Shown: positions 19,495 through 28,443 of the stretch, piece by piece | Numbering within the stretch: position 1 is the stretch's first letter | Layout: every line of letters begins with the position of its first letter | From: an uncultured Planctomycetales bacterium | GTDB lineage: Bacteria; Omnitrophota; Gorgyraeia; Gygaellales; Profunditerraquicolaceae | Length of the DNA: 64,000 bases | Direction: 5' to 3' | Assembly (NCBI GenBank): GCA_964645795.1 | Contig: CAZYCL010000001.1 | Span: forward strand, 95,194 to 159,193 | Translations under genes and position numbers: made by a program | Notes under the pieces: model-generated | What the model was told of the DNA's origin: nothing | Seen by the model: only the letters and a program-made list of their open reading frames with translations | Databases searched by the model: none

Positions 19495-20157
19495 TTATTC
19501 GAAGAATATAAACTCGTAATCGCCGGTATAACCGAACTCTTTAAATAAAAACACCCACTCCTCGGGCCTGAAGAACGACTCGCAGGTAAGCGCCCAGCAT
19601 TCCAGATTAAACAGCTCTGCCTCGTCGCGATAACTTTCAACCGCGATATATTTGTTCTTGCCCACTCTCTCGATCTCCTTGACTGCCTTCTTAAGATCAG
19701 GCGCGATAAGATTATGCAAAGTGGTGATGGAGATGACCAGGTCAAACTCCTTCGGCTTAAAAGGGAACTTATCCTGGGCGCGCTGCACAAAAAGGTCATT
19801 TTTTATCTCTTCTTTCGCATCCCCAACGGCGTAGCTTGAGATATCAAAGCCCTTTACTTCGGCTTTGGGAATAAGCCGGGTGAACTCATAAAGCAGGTAT
19901 CCCTTGCCGCAGCCGACATCCAGGATCCGGGCATTCTTGGGCAGGCGGTAATGTTCGATGAGCTTGCGAGCGACCGGCTCCCATCTTCCGTCGTATTTAT
20001 AGCCTCCGTAACCGTAGCGTCTGTCTCCGTCCCAGAAATCCTTACCGTAGGAACGCGCGACCTGCATGCAGTGGATCTTGTCGTCCACCATCCTCTTAAG
20101 GTAATCGCGCTTTGTCCCTTTATGAAGCGAGGTGATGATATTAAGCTCTTTTAACAT
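19495..20157 (-). CDS. Class I SAM-dependent methyltransferase
   Basis: ILDVGCGKGYLLYEFTRLIPKAEVKGFDIS motif. Confidence 0.75.
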   Translation of the reverse strand: MLKELNIITSLHKGTKRDYLKRMVDDKIHCMQVARSYGKDFWDGDRRYGYGGYKYDGRWEPVARKLIEHYRLPKNARILDVGCGKGYLLYEFTRLIPKAEVKGFDISSYAVGDAKEEIKNDLFVQRAQDKFPFKPKEFDLVISITTLHNLIAPDLKKAVKEIERVGKNKYIAVESYRDEAELFNLECWALTCESFFRPEEWVFLFKEFGYTGDYEFIFFE

Positions 20158-21071
20158 TTTGACCTGACTCCTTTGATAAACTGAAATATCCTGTCCGCGG
20201 ATATGCCGAAATAATCGCGCATTCCGTCGGTAGTTTTTACCTCATGGAGGAACCTGTCGGCTATGCCCAGACAAAACAGCTTCCAGGGGACATCGGTCCT
20301 GGATCTTTCCCTGGCGATAATGCTGCCAAGGCCGCAGCCGATAAAATGCTCCTCTACGCACAATACCGTCTTGCAACTCTCCAGCAGCTTCAAGAGTCTT
20401 TCCTTGTTCAACGGCTGGACCATGGGCACGGATATTAACTTTACGTTAATGCCTTCCTTCTCAAGCATCTGTGCGGCCGCCAATACCTGCGTGCCTATGG
20501 AACCGTGGAATACTATGGCGATATCCCCTATTTCCCGCATGAGGATCGGTGCCGTGATATCGATATCGTGGCCGGCATGCAGTTTGGGCTCCCCCCTTTT
20601 TGCCAGCCTCACATACACAGGTTCCCGGGCAGAAAGAGAATACTCTGCCGCTTTTTGAGCTTCAACCGGGTCAATCGGCGAGATAACCGTCAGGTTCGGC
20701 AAGGTCTGGGCAACACCGATATCCTCTACCGAGTAATGCGTCATTCCTTGCGGCGCATAGGTCACGCCGCTGCCGATACCTGCCAGCACAACAGGAAGTT
20801 TCTGATAGCATATGTCGTTTCTAACCTGCTCATAACAGCGGTACAAAAGAAAAGGGATGATATTGTACAGGTAAACTTTGAACCCTGCCATGCTCATGCC
20901 TGCCGCAAAGCTGGTAGCGTTCTGCTCAGCCACGCCTAAATTGAGGAACTGCTCAGGAGAATCCTTCTGAAACTCATCGAATACCCCCAGGCCTGCATCT
21001 TCGCTTATAATAAATATATCTTTTCTTTGCTTAGAGGACTCTATTATCTTATTGATAAAGGTATTTCTCAT
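20151..21071 (-). CDS. Transketolase, C-terminal (pyrimidine-binding) subunit
   Basis: 306 aa with a Transket_pyr-like core. Stop/start overlaps the N-terminal subunit gene, as in split transketolases. Confidence 0.85.
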   Translation of the reverse strand: MRNTFINKIIESSKQRKDIFIISEDAGLGVFDEFQKDSPEQFLNLGVAEQNATSFAAGMSMAGFKVYLYNIIPFLLYRCYEQVRNDICYQKLPVVLAGIGSGVTYAPQGMTHYSVEDIGVAQTLPNLTVISPIDPVEAQKAAEYSLSAREPVYVRLAKRGEPKLHAGHDIDITAPILMREIGDIAIVFHGSIGTQVLAAAQMLEKEGINVKLISVPMVQPLNKERLLKLLESCKTVLCVEEHFIGCGLGSIIARERSRTDVPWKLFCLGIADRFLHEVKTTDGMRDYFGISADRIFQFIKGVRSKC

Positions 21072-21850
21072 CCCAATTCCTTTAACGCCTTCTCTTTTAT
21101 CTCGTCGGTCACCAGGTAATAATGCCAGACAAGCTCATCCTCCATAAAAGATACGCCTTTGCCCTTGGTCGTGCAGCAAAGGATGATCTTTGGCTTTCCG
21201 GGGCAGTCGGCATTCAGCGCCTCTTCGATCTGGGAATAATCGTGTCCGCCGGCCTCAAATACTCCCCAGCCGAACGATTCCCACTTTTTACGCAACGGCT
21301 CAAAATGGCAGATCTCTTTGGCGCGGCCGTAGCCCTGAAGGTTGTTGAAATCTACAAGAGCGGTGAAGTTATCGATGTTCAGCTTGGAGGCGAAGAGCGC
21401 GCCTTCCCAGATAGAGCCCTCCTGCGACTCTCCGTCGCCGATAAGGGCATAGACTTTGCGGTTGTTTGCCTGCTTCTTAAAAGCATAAGCAAGCCCCAAG
21501 CCGACGTTGAAGCCGTGGCCGAGAGAGCCCGCGGAAACTTCTATGCCCCTGGCAGAGAATCGGTCCAGGTGCGCAGGAAGCGTCCCATTGTTTAAATAGT
21601 AACCATCGAGTGTGGCGGCATCGATGATGCCTTTCTGCGCCAAGGTCGCATAAAGCGATATTGCCGCATGCCCTTTACTTAAAATAAAGATGTCCCTTTT
21701 GTCCCAGGGCTCAAGCACGAGCTTCCTGAAGTAAAGCGTGGCAAGGATATCCACGCAGGACAAAGCCGAGCCCACGTGGGGGCTCTTGGAGCGATGCGCG
21801 GCAATGATTATCTTCTTTCTTATCTGCCTGGCAATATCTTTTAGGTCCAT
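21068..21850 (-). CDS. Transketolase, N-terminal (thiamine-diphosphate-binding) subunit
   Basis: SKGHAAISLYATLAQKG...GSLGHGFNVGLGLAYAFK...LIGDGESQEGSIWEGALFASKLNIDN are TPP-binding motifs. Confidence 0.85.
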   Translation of the reverse strand: MDLKDIARQIRKKIIIAAHRSKSPHVGSALSCVDILATLYFRKLVLEPWDKRDIFILSKGHAAISLYATLAQKGIIDAATLDGYYLNNGTLPAHLDRFSARGIEVSAGSLGHGFNVGLGLAYAFKKQANNRKVYALIGDGESQEGSIWEGALFASKLNIDNFTALVDFNNLQGYGRAKEICHFEPLRKKWESFGWGVFEAGGHDYSQIEEALNADCPGKPKIILCCTTKGKGVSFMEDELVWHYYLVTDEIKEKALKELG

Positions 21851-22915
21851 TTAAATAAAGTTTATATGCCTGACTTTGGGGTTCTTGATCTCCCAGAGGA
21901 ACTCGTTTATCTGGTGCGGCCGGCAGTTGGGAGGGCACCTGCTTACGTCAAGCCTCTTTTCAAGGAGGCTTTTTATGCGCTTGCGCCTCGGCCCTTTCCA
22001 GATATCTGCGAACGAATCCTTGTAGATGTTGCCGAAAACGAACTCTTTTTTGTCCCAATGCGGCAGGCAGGCGGCGATATCGCCTGCGGAGTTGAGGGTC
22101 GAAATAAAGCTGGTGCCGTAACAATGACGATAGCCTCTTTTTCCGTATTCACAAAATGACTGCCTGCGGGCGATCACTGAAAAATTCTTCGTAGAAAGCT
22201 TTTCTGCGGCATCCAGGGAGCGTCTTAGCGAAATCGCGCTGAACTTTTTGGGTTTATAGTTTTGAAGCCGGCTCTGGTGTACGAACGGCTTGATGGCAAA
22301 ATAATCCACTCCCCGCTTTTTCGTTTCCCTGACCGCAGCCAGCAAATACCTGATGTTCTCCGGAATAAGCACGAATTGTATCCCGATATCCAGCTTAAGC
22401 CTCTTCATTCTTTTTATCTCACAGGAATTCTTTATGTTATCCAGGACCGTCGCGAATACCTCCTTTTTGACCCCGTGGATTGCCGCGTAGTTTTCCGGGC
22501 TTCCGGCGTTAAAACTAAAACGGACAAACGTCAGGCAGGCAAGGATCTCGGCGGCCAAATCGCGGTTAAGGAATTGCCCGTTGGTGAACATCCCGACGTC
22601 GATGCCGCATTGTTTAGAAAACTTTACGAGGCGAGCAATATCAGGATGGAGCAAAGGCTCCCCCTCGCCGGCAAACAGGATGCTCTTCAGGCCGCAGGAT
22701 GCGGCTTGCCTGATGAAAGAAAGCATCTTTTTTGTATCGAGCCTGCGGTTAGGATAACCGATAAAATCATAGGCGCAAAATATGCAACGGTGGTTGCACC
22801 TGCCGACGGGGCTGACTTCCATGTATAGGGGAAAACAATCGCCTTTTTCCAGGAATAGGTTAACCCTGGGCAAGTGATACGTAAGCTTATGCCCGTCAAA
22901 AATGAATTTGGCCAT
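21851..22915 (-). CDS. Radical SAM enzyme with a Cys-rich C-terminus
   Basis: VSPVGRCNHRCIFCAYDF. C-terminal CLPHW..SRCPPNC. Related to the 18423-19493 protein. Confidence 0.8.
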   Translation of the reverse strand: MAKFIFDGHKLTYHLPRVNLFLEKGDCFPLYMEVSPVGRCNHRCIFCAYDFIGYPNRRLDTKKMLSFIRQAASCGLKSILFAGEGEPLLHPDIARLVKFSKQCGIDVGMFTNGQFLNRDLAAEILACLTFVRFSFNAGSPENYAAIHGVKKEVFATVLDNIKNSCEIKRMKRLKLDIGIQFVLIPENIRYLLAAVRETKKRGVDYFAIKPFVHQSRLQNYKPKKFSAISLRRSLDAAEKLSTKNFSVIARRQSFCEYGKRGYRHCYGTSFISTLNSAGDIAACLPHWDKKEFVFGNIYKDSFADIWKGPRRKRIKSLLEKRLDVSRCPPNCRPHQINEFLWEIKNPKVRHINFI

Positions 22916-23815
22916 CTAACCCCTTATATCCTCGATCTCCACGCTCGTATGGCCGAAGATCTGAAACCTGTTGGTCTTGACCTTTACGTCACATGGGTTG
23001 CATTCGCCGTAATAATCGCAGTCTCTGAATTTGTCTATTTCATCCATGGAGAAGCCTTCCTCAAGTATATGGGCAATCGGGTTCCTGGCATTATACAAAT
23101 CAGAGTGACAACGATAAATATGGCCTCCTGGATCAACAATAAGCTCGCTTATCCTACACCGGCAGCGGCGCAGCTTATGACTGGAGACGCTATCCGGATA
23201 TTTGAAACTGCCATATATAGTTCCGTTATAATCACCAAGGTACTCTTTAGTCCTGAAATCAATATCCAAGGCAAGGCAGTCCTTTTGCACCCGGAGTATA
23301 TGCTGCCTTTTCTCGGGATCGGGATGCAAAACCGAATACAGCCCTACCCGGAATCCCGCAGCTTCCATTTTTTTGGCTTTAGAGATCAAATCTTTAATAT
23401 CGTTCTGGCCGGGATGATAGCTGACCCGAATGGCCGCGTATGGCGCCTGGCGGATAAAACGCTCGACCGGAACACGCTTGATAAATTCATCCACATCAAA
23501 CATCATATTGGTAAGAAGGTCCATTTTGATATCTTTTTTTACCTCGTTCACGAAACGGTAGAAACCCGGGTGCAACGTCGGCTCTCCCCCCTGAAAAGTA
23601 AGCGGCAGGTCATCGCGCAGCACTAAACGGTTTGCCGCAGCAATCCAGTCATCTATCTTCATCTGATTGCGCTTTGCCTGGGCCAAACGCCCTTGGCCTG
23701 CGTCATCGTGCAGATTGATGCAATAAGGGCACTTAAGATTGCATGCCAAAGTAAGGAAGAATGCCACATAATTATGGTGCTGCTTTAAAATGATCGGTTT
23801 CAATCGAGCCGCCAT
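22916..23815 (-). CDS. Radical SAM enzyme with a Cys-rich C-terminus
   Basis: TLACNLKCPYCIN. C-terminal RCRCR...GGHIYRC...CDYYGECNPCD. Confidence 0.75.
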   Translation of the reverse strand: MAARLKPIILKQHHNYVAFFLTLACNLKCPYCINLHDDAGQGRLAQAKRNQMKIDDWIAAANRLVLRDDLPLTFQGGEPTLHPGFYRFVNEVKKDIKMDLLTNMMFDVDEFIKRVPVERFIRQAPYAAIRVSYHPGQNDIKDLISKAKKMEAAGFRVGLYSVLHPDPEKRQHILRVQKDCLALDIDFRTKEYLGDYNGTIYGSFKYPDSVSSHKLRRCRCRISELIVDPGGHIYRCHSDLYNARNPIAHILEEGFSMDEIDKFRDCDYYGECNPCDVKVKTNRFQIFGHTSVEIEDIRG

Positions 23816-23818
23816 GGA

Positions 23819-24757
23819 TTATTTCGGCAAAAGCCGTTTTACGTAACCACAAACCGCTTCCGGAGTAATAAAATACATGCAGCGCTTTTTCTGCATGCAG
23901 TCTCTGCTCATGTTCATGCAAGGCATGCACTCGTAATCTGCTTCCGGTTTCAACTTTACCCCGAGACGGCCCAGATCCACTTCGCTGCTGAAGGTTGGGC
24001 CGAACAAAGCGATGATCTTTTTCTTGAAGGCAAGCGCCAAATGCATCCCGAGGCTGTCGTTGGTTATGATCAGCCTGCAGGAGTTGAGCCAATCCATGTA
24101 TTCATACAGGCTGTTCAGCCCCTTTTGATAGGAGATTGTATACTTGTTCTTCTTCAGCTTCTTCTCCAGCGCCTTCCAATACTCGGCCGGCCAGGCCTTA
24201 TTCGGCCACTTTGGGCCGATATGTGTATTAAAACCGATATCGTAGGCTTCTTTTGTCTTCGGGGCATAACCCAAAAGGGAATCTTCTCCGTTCCATCTTT
24301 TACCGACGATCTCAAACAGGAAATTGTAGAATGATTTATGTGTTTTATGCTTGAGGCTGTGGTTGGCGCTTACCTCAAGGACCTTCTCGGCCATGGAGTA
24401 GGCAGCGACTTCCCCTGTAACCGGATCAAAGCGGAAACCGAATTTCTTCCATGCCTTCATGGAATCCGCAAGGGCGCAGATCCCCGGAGCCTTCTCAAGG
24501 TTAATGATCGTATCAAAATGCTCGGACTGGAGCTGCAAAACCGTGGTCAGGTCATAATGCATGAGCCTCTTTATGTAAGGTATCCCCTCCAGGAAAGGAT
24601 AGCAGCTTTTGTCGGTAAGCCAGGTTACTGCCGCATCCTTGAAGCAATGCAAGATCGGCGTGCACCTGACCACATCGCCGAGGCTAACCTTGTCATCGGT
24701 CTTATCCACCAAGAACTCGGTATAGCCTATTTTTATGATCAATACCTTTTCTTTCAT
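23819..24757 (-). CDS. Family 9 glycosyltransferase (heptosyltransferase-like)
   Basis: N-terminus KVLIIKIGYTEFLVD..GDVVRCTPIL. C-terminus ITNDSLGMHLALAFKKKIIALFGPT is the GT9 signature. Confidence 0.75.
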   Translation of the reverse strand: MKEKVLIIKIGYTEFLVDKTDDKVSLGDVVRCTPILHCFKDAAVTWLTDKSCYPFLEGIPYIKRLMHYDLTTVLQLQSEHFDTIINLEKAPGICALADSMKAWKKFGFRFDPVTGEVAAYSMAEKVLEVSANHSLKHKTHKSFYNFLFEIVGKRWNGEDSLLGYAPKTKEAYDIGFNTHIGPKWPNKAWPAEYWKALEKKLKKNKYTISYQKGLNSLYEYMDWLNSCRLIITNDSLGMHLALAFKKKIIALFGPTFSSEVDLGRLGVKLKPEADYECMPCMNMSRDCMQKKRCMYFITPEAVCGYVKRLLPK

Positions 24758-24770
24758 TATCTGCCCCCTA

Positions 24771-26678
24771 TTAATTGCCGCCTCTCAAGAGGCCTTCTTT
24801 TACAATATCCAGCACCCATTGCATGCGGTGCTTCACGGTATGCTCTCTGAGAAGCCGCTCCTGCCCTCTTCTGGCTATCTCCATGCGTTGGTCATCGTGT
24901 TTTAAATAGAACTCGATCTTTTCGCGCAGCTCTTCTTTAGTCCTGAATACCTCTATCTCTTTACCCAACTCAAAAAGTTCGCCTATGCCTCCGGGCTCCT
25001 CATCCTCGGCGGTTAATCGAGTAAGGAGAAAACCTCCCGCGGCAATGGTATCAAATATGCGGGGGTGGTTATTGGTAGCCGCGTGCATATTCAGGTTGAT
25101 CTTGGCGGCATTCACGATCTTACAGATCTCGTCGCCGTAAGCGGCGCTTCCCCGGGCGCTGGCCTTAAAACGGGGGTCAAGCGACCAGCCTTTGCCGTAA
25201 AGCGAAAGGTTCATATCCCTGATGCTTTCAAGATAGGGCAGACGAAGGCTGGCAGCGGCAAGACCGCTCCAGAGGTAAGTGGTTAAAATCACGTTTTCGC
25301 TGATATCGCCGTAAATTTGCCTGCACTTTCTGCAGGCGTCTTCGTTCATCTCTATTTTACCGAATTTCTTCTTAGCCTGCTGATAAATTTCTCGAAAGGC
25401 AGCGAAATCGTACGAATCGGCTTCGCGCATTGCCTCAATTAAATACTCTACCACATCTGCCGGGATAAAGCTATTCGCCGAAGCATAATCAGGATAATGG
25501 CATATAAACGCGATATCGCTGCCGTATTTTTTCCTGTCTTCATCGCAAAGCTCCAGGCTCCGGTAGACATCGGTATCGGCTCCGAGATACAAACGGTGGA
25601 TCCTGTCTTTCTCAAAACCTAATTTCTCCAAATCGTCAATAAACATCGCTGCCACGATAAATATCTGATCATGCGGGCCGATCTTTTTATCCGCCCGGAT
25701 ACCGGGATTAAAGATAAAAGGCATATAATCCTGAATCCAGCTGGCCGTGATTAACCCGGGATGCTCATACGACTCACCCGCAAGATGATTGATCTTAAAA
25801 TAAATGTCAGGCATGAACTCGCGTAACATCTTGTAAAAATAGACCTGTGATATCAATAGCGTATCCGATTCTAAGACTTGCGTCTGGCAGCCAAGAAGGT
25901 TAAAACCTTTTATGCAGGTGCGCATAGAATGCTGCATATAGGCAGTCGTGGTATTAAGCTCTCCCAAAACGCGTAACCTGCGCCCTGATTTTTCAGATAA
26001 AACATCGACAAGCCTGCTGCGGTCGATCTGGCGGTAATGGGAACTGACCTCAAGGAGGCAGCGCTGCGCGTCTTCGTACATTCCCTTAACCAAAGAAAAA
26101 ATGCTTTTCTGGGCGTCTTGGTAAAAAGCGTGGTCCTCTGCGGCGCAAAAGACAGCACCGAGGAAAGGGATCTGGCCCTGATAGCCGCTGCGCAAGAAAT
26201 CCGTAAATGAATTTACGGCATCTTGTCCGGCAAATATGTAAACTTTGCGGGATTCGAACAATTGCCGCAAATCAAAATGGCGCATTATGGCCTTAAGGAT
26301 CCCCGTATGACGCTCGATTACGAAAAAAACATCCGACTGCTCGCTCCTCGAACATGCGTAAAACAGGCGCACTCCGGCATCAAGCCCAAAAAAGATAAAG
26401 GCGCCGTTATGAGCGGACATTTTAGCCAGATAGCCGTTCGCCTCGGGGAAAATCTCTTCTCTGTAATACTTTTTCAGCTCATGCATCAGCCTGCGTTCCC
26501 CGCCTTTTTTGACAAAAACCCCCAGATCTCCCTCTTCATTAACTGCGGCCAACTCAAACTCAGAGCCGTTATCGGCAGCCAACTGCTGATAAAGAGGATA
26601 ATTATGGATCTTTAATGAAGCCAGGTTCTCCTCATAGAAGTTTTCAGACAACATTTGCCCCTCTTCGGCCCGTTTCAT
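24771..26678 (-). CDS. Maf-like N-terminal region fused to a CgeB/GT1-like C-terminal domain; putative flagellin glycan transferase
   Basis: The N-terminus (FYEENLASLKIHNYPLYQQL) resembles Maf/DUF115 starts. The last ~150 aa (LYGKGW...RTKEELREKIEFYLKHDDQRMEIARRGQERLLREHT) look like a CgeB-type glycosyltransferase C-terminus. Confidence 0.45.
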   Translation of the reverse strand: MKRAEEGQMLSENFYEENLASLKIHNYPLYQQLAADNGSEFELAAVNEEGDLGVFVKKGGERRLMHELKKYYREEIFPEANGYLAKMSAHNGAFIFFGLDAGVRLFYACSRSEQSDVFFVIERHTGILKAIMRHFDLRQLFESRKVYIFAGQDAVNSFTDFLRSGYQGQIPFLGAVFCAAEDHAFYQDAQKSIFSLVKGMYEDAQRCLLEVSSHYRQIDRSRLVDVLSEKSGRRLRVLGELNTTTAYMQHSMRTCIKGFNLLGCQTQVLESDTLLISQVYFYKMLREFMPDIYFKINHLAGESYEHPGLITASWIQDYMPFIFNPGIRADKKIGPHDQIFIVAAMFIDDLEKLGFEKDRIHRLYLGADTDVYRSLELCDEDRKKYGSDIAFICHYPDYASANSFIPADVVEYLIEAMREADSYDFAAFREIYQQAKKKFGKIEMNEDACRKCRQIYGDISENVILTTYLWSGLAAASLRLPYLESIRDMNLSLYGKGWSLDPRFKASARGSAAYGDEICKIVNAAKINLNMHAATNNHPRIFDTIAAGGFLLTRLTAEDEEPGGIGELFELGKEIEVFRTKEELREKIEFYLKHDDQRMEIARRGQERLLREHTVKHRMQWVLDIVKEGLLRGGN

Positions 26679-27796
26679 TGCGGTCTGCGGTATTCCGGAA
26701 AATAGCCATTAGGCTGATTATCTACCCCGGAAATATTGGAGTAAGCCCTGAACTGCATGCAAAGCTGCTGGTATAGACGGCTATCATGGATGGTTGAATA
26801 AGTATAAAAATCGCAACAAGCGCCGGAAAAAGATGATTTAAAGCTGTAGAGTGAATCTGCGCCGCTGTTATGGTATCCGCCGCCCAGGCTGAAAACCTTA
26901 TAACCCTCTTTCTTGGCCCATAAAATCGCCTCATAAAGCAGGAGATTATTCGGGCATAAAGACAGGTGATGTTGGTCAGAACCCGAAAAGTAATAATGAA
27001 TATAGTTTCCCAGATGCAGGAATACGGATGAGGCGATCTTATCACTTTTATAAAAAGCGCTGAAGAGGGAAATATTGTCTTTGAGCGAAGAAAATAAATC
27101 CAGGAAGAACTCCAATGAAAAGAAATAGAATCGGCTTGCCTGGTTGCGGCTCATCGTAGAGGCATAAAGCTCATAAAACTTTTTAATGCTCTCTTGCGAA
27201 ACTACGTCTTTTTTGATCTCCACCCCCTGCCGCTGCGCCTTTTTAATAGAGCTTCTATTGCCCTTGGAAAAACCTTTGCGGATAATATCTTCGGTCTGCA
27301 ACAGGTCCACATAAACAATCCGGCGGTTCATTCGCGCCGAAAACATCTCAAGCGTATCCTTGTCGCCGTTGTAATACGGATTGACCCTGCCGAATTCGCA
27401 GACAATCTTATTTTCCCGGCAAAAATCGTTGAATGTCTTAAGAAAGAACGGAATAAAGTTTTCTTTATCTTTAGCCGGACATTCAATGATCGGTCCGCTG
27501 TATTCCGGAGTTATAATGTCAAAGGCCTCCTCTTTTCCTTCGTAAAACGGCAAAAGATGCACAGGCCTGCGCAGAAAAATATGCACTGCCCGGTTTCTAC
27601 CCTGATTTAGGCAAAAAAGCCCGGCCTTGGCCTGATATAGATTCTCGTAAACCCGGGCATAGCCTGGTAGCAGAAAAACATCCTGATGCGGCCTTTCCAG
27701 GCAGCCAAGCTCATCCAACCACTGCGATTGATCTTCCGGAAGCGAGAAATTCTTAACCTGATAGTCCGCGCTCATTTCTCGGCTCTGATCACCCAA
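26675..27796 (-). CDS. FemAB-like (Acetyltransf_6/BioF2-like) aminoacyl- or acyltransferase
   Basis: FYELY...RFYFFSLEFF...YYFSGSD...PNNLLLYEAILWAKKEGYKVFSLGGG is typical of the FemAB/GNAT-type fold. Confidence 0.6.
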   Translation of the reverse strand: MGDQSREMSADYQVKNFSLPEDQSQWLDELGCLERPHQDVFLLPGYARVYENLYQAKAGLFCLNQGRNRAVHIFLRRPVHLLPFYEGKEEAFDIITPEYSGPIIECPAKDKENFIPFFLKTFNDFCRENKIVCEFGRVNPYYNGDKDTLEMFSARMNRRIVYVDLLQTEDIIRKGFSKGNRSSIKKAQRQGVEIKKDVVSQESIKKFYELYASTMSRNQASRFYFFSLEFFLDLFSSLKDNISLFSAFYKSDKIASSVFLHLGNYIHYYFSGSDQHHLSLCPNNLLLYEAILWAKKEGYKVFSLGGGYHNSGADSLYSFKSSFSGACCDFYTYSTIHDSRLYQQLCMQFRAYSNISGVDNQPNGYFPEYRRPQ

Positions 27797-28443
27797 TGCC
27801 TGATGCTGTTCTTACGGTTATCAAACGTCCTTTCGGCATATTCATAAGAATGATTTCTGAAAACACTAAAAAGAGCGCGTATTTCCTTCTCGCTGAAAAA
27901 ATGAATCCAGCCGACGTCTTTTAAATCAAAATCGTTGTAGTCGGTATAAGTCCCCTCTTCTATTTTACGCCCTTTTCCATAGGCATAATCCTTATCGGTG
28001 CGCACCATGGAGAAGAATTCCCCTGCGGGTTTCAGGGTGCGGTATACTTCTTTAACGGACTTTCTGATGCCGGCAAGGCGATTATGCTGCAAGGAAACGC
28101 AATCAATGACCACGTCAAAATAGTTATCAGGATAAGGAAGGCGGTTAAAATCCCCTGCCCTGACAAGCGCCTTAAGCCTAAAGGTTTTCAGCTTTTGCCT
28201 GCATAAAGATACGGCTTGGGGTGATCCTTCTATGCCGTAAGCCTTAAACCCCTCTTGCGCCAGGAATATCACGTGCCTGCCCGGGCCGCACCCCAAATCC
28301 AGGATGCGATACCTGCCTCTTTCCTGCGCCGGAAACCTGAAATATTTCCCGGCGATAAAACGCACGACGAATTCATCGGGATACTTGGCCCGGAACCCCT
28401 GCTCGGCATAAATATCATCCCACCTGGAATCCCAGCTTTTCAT
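27772..28443 (-). CDS. Class I SAM-dependent methyltransferase
   Basis: ILDLGCGPGRHVIFLAQEGFKAYGIEGS motif. Confidence 0.75.
   Translation of the reverse strand: MKSWDSRWDDIYAEQGFRAKYPDEFVVRFIAGKYFRFPAQERGRYRILDLGCGPGRHVIFLAQEGFKAYGIEGSPQAVSLCRQKLKTFRLKALVRAGDFNRLPYPDNYFDVVIDCVSLQHNRLAGIRKSVKEVYRTLKPAGEFFSMVRTDKDYAYGKGRKIEEGTYTDYNDFDLKDVGWIHFFSEKEIRALFSVFRNHSYEYAERTFDNRKNSIRHWVIRAEK

Noticed and set aside
19494-19799. Arg/Ser-rich 102-aa N-terminal extension of the radical SAM ORF 18423-19799
   Set aside because: It overlaps the 3' end of the upstream methyltransferase gene in another frame. An ATG at 19491-19493, 1 nt after that gene's stop, gives a normal radical SAM N-terminus.
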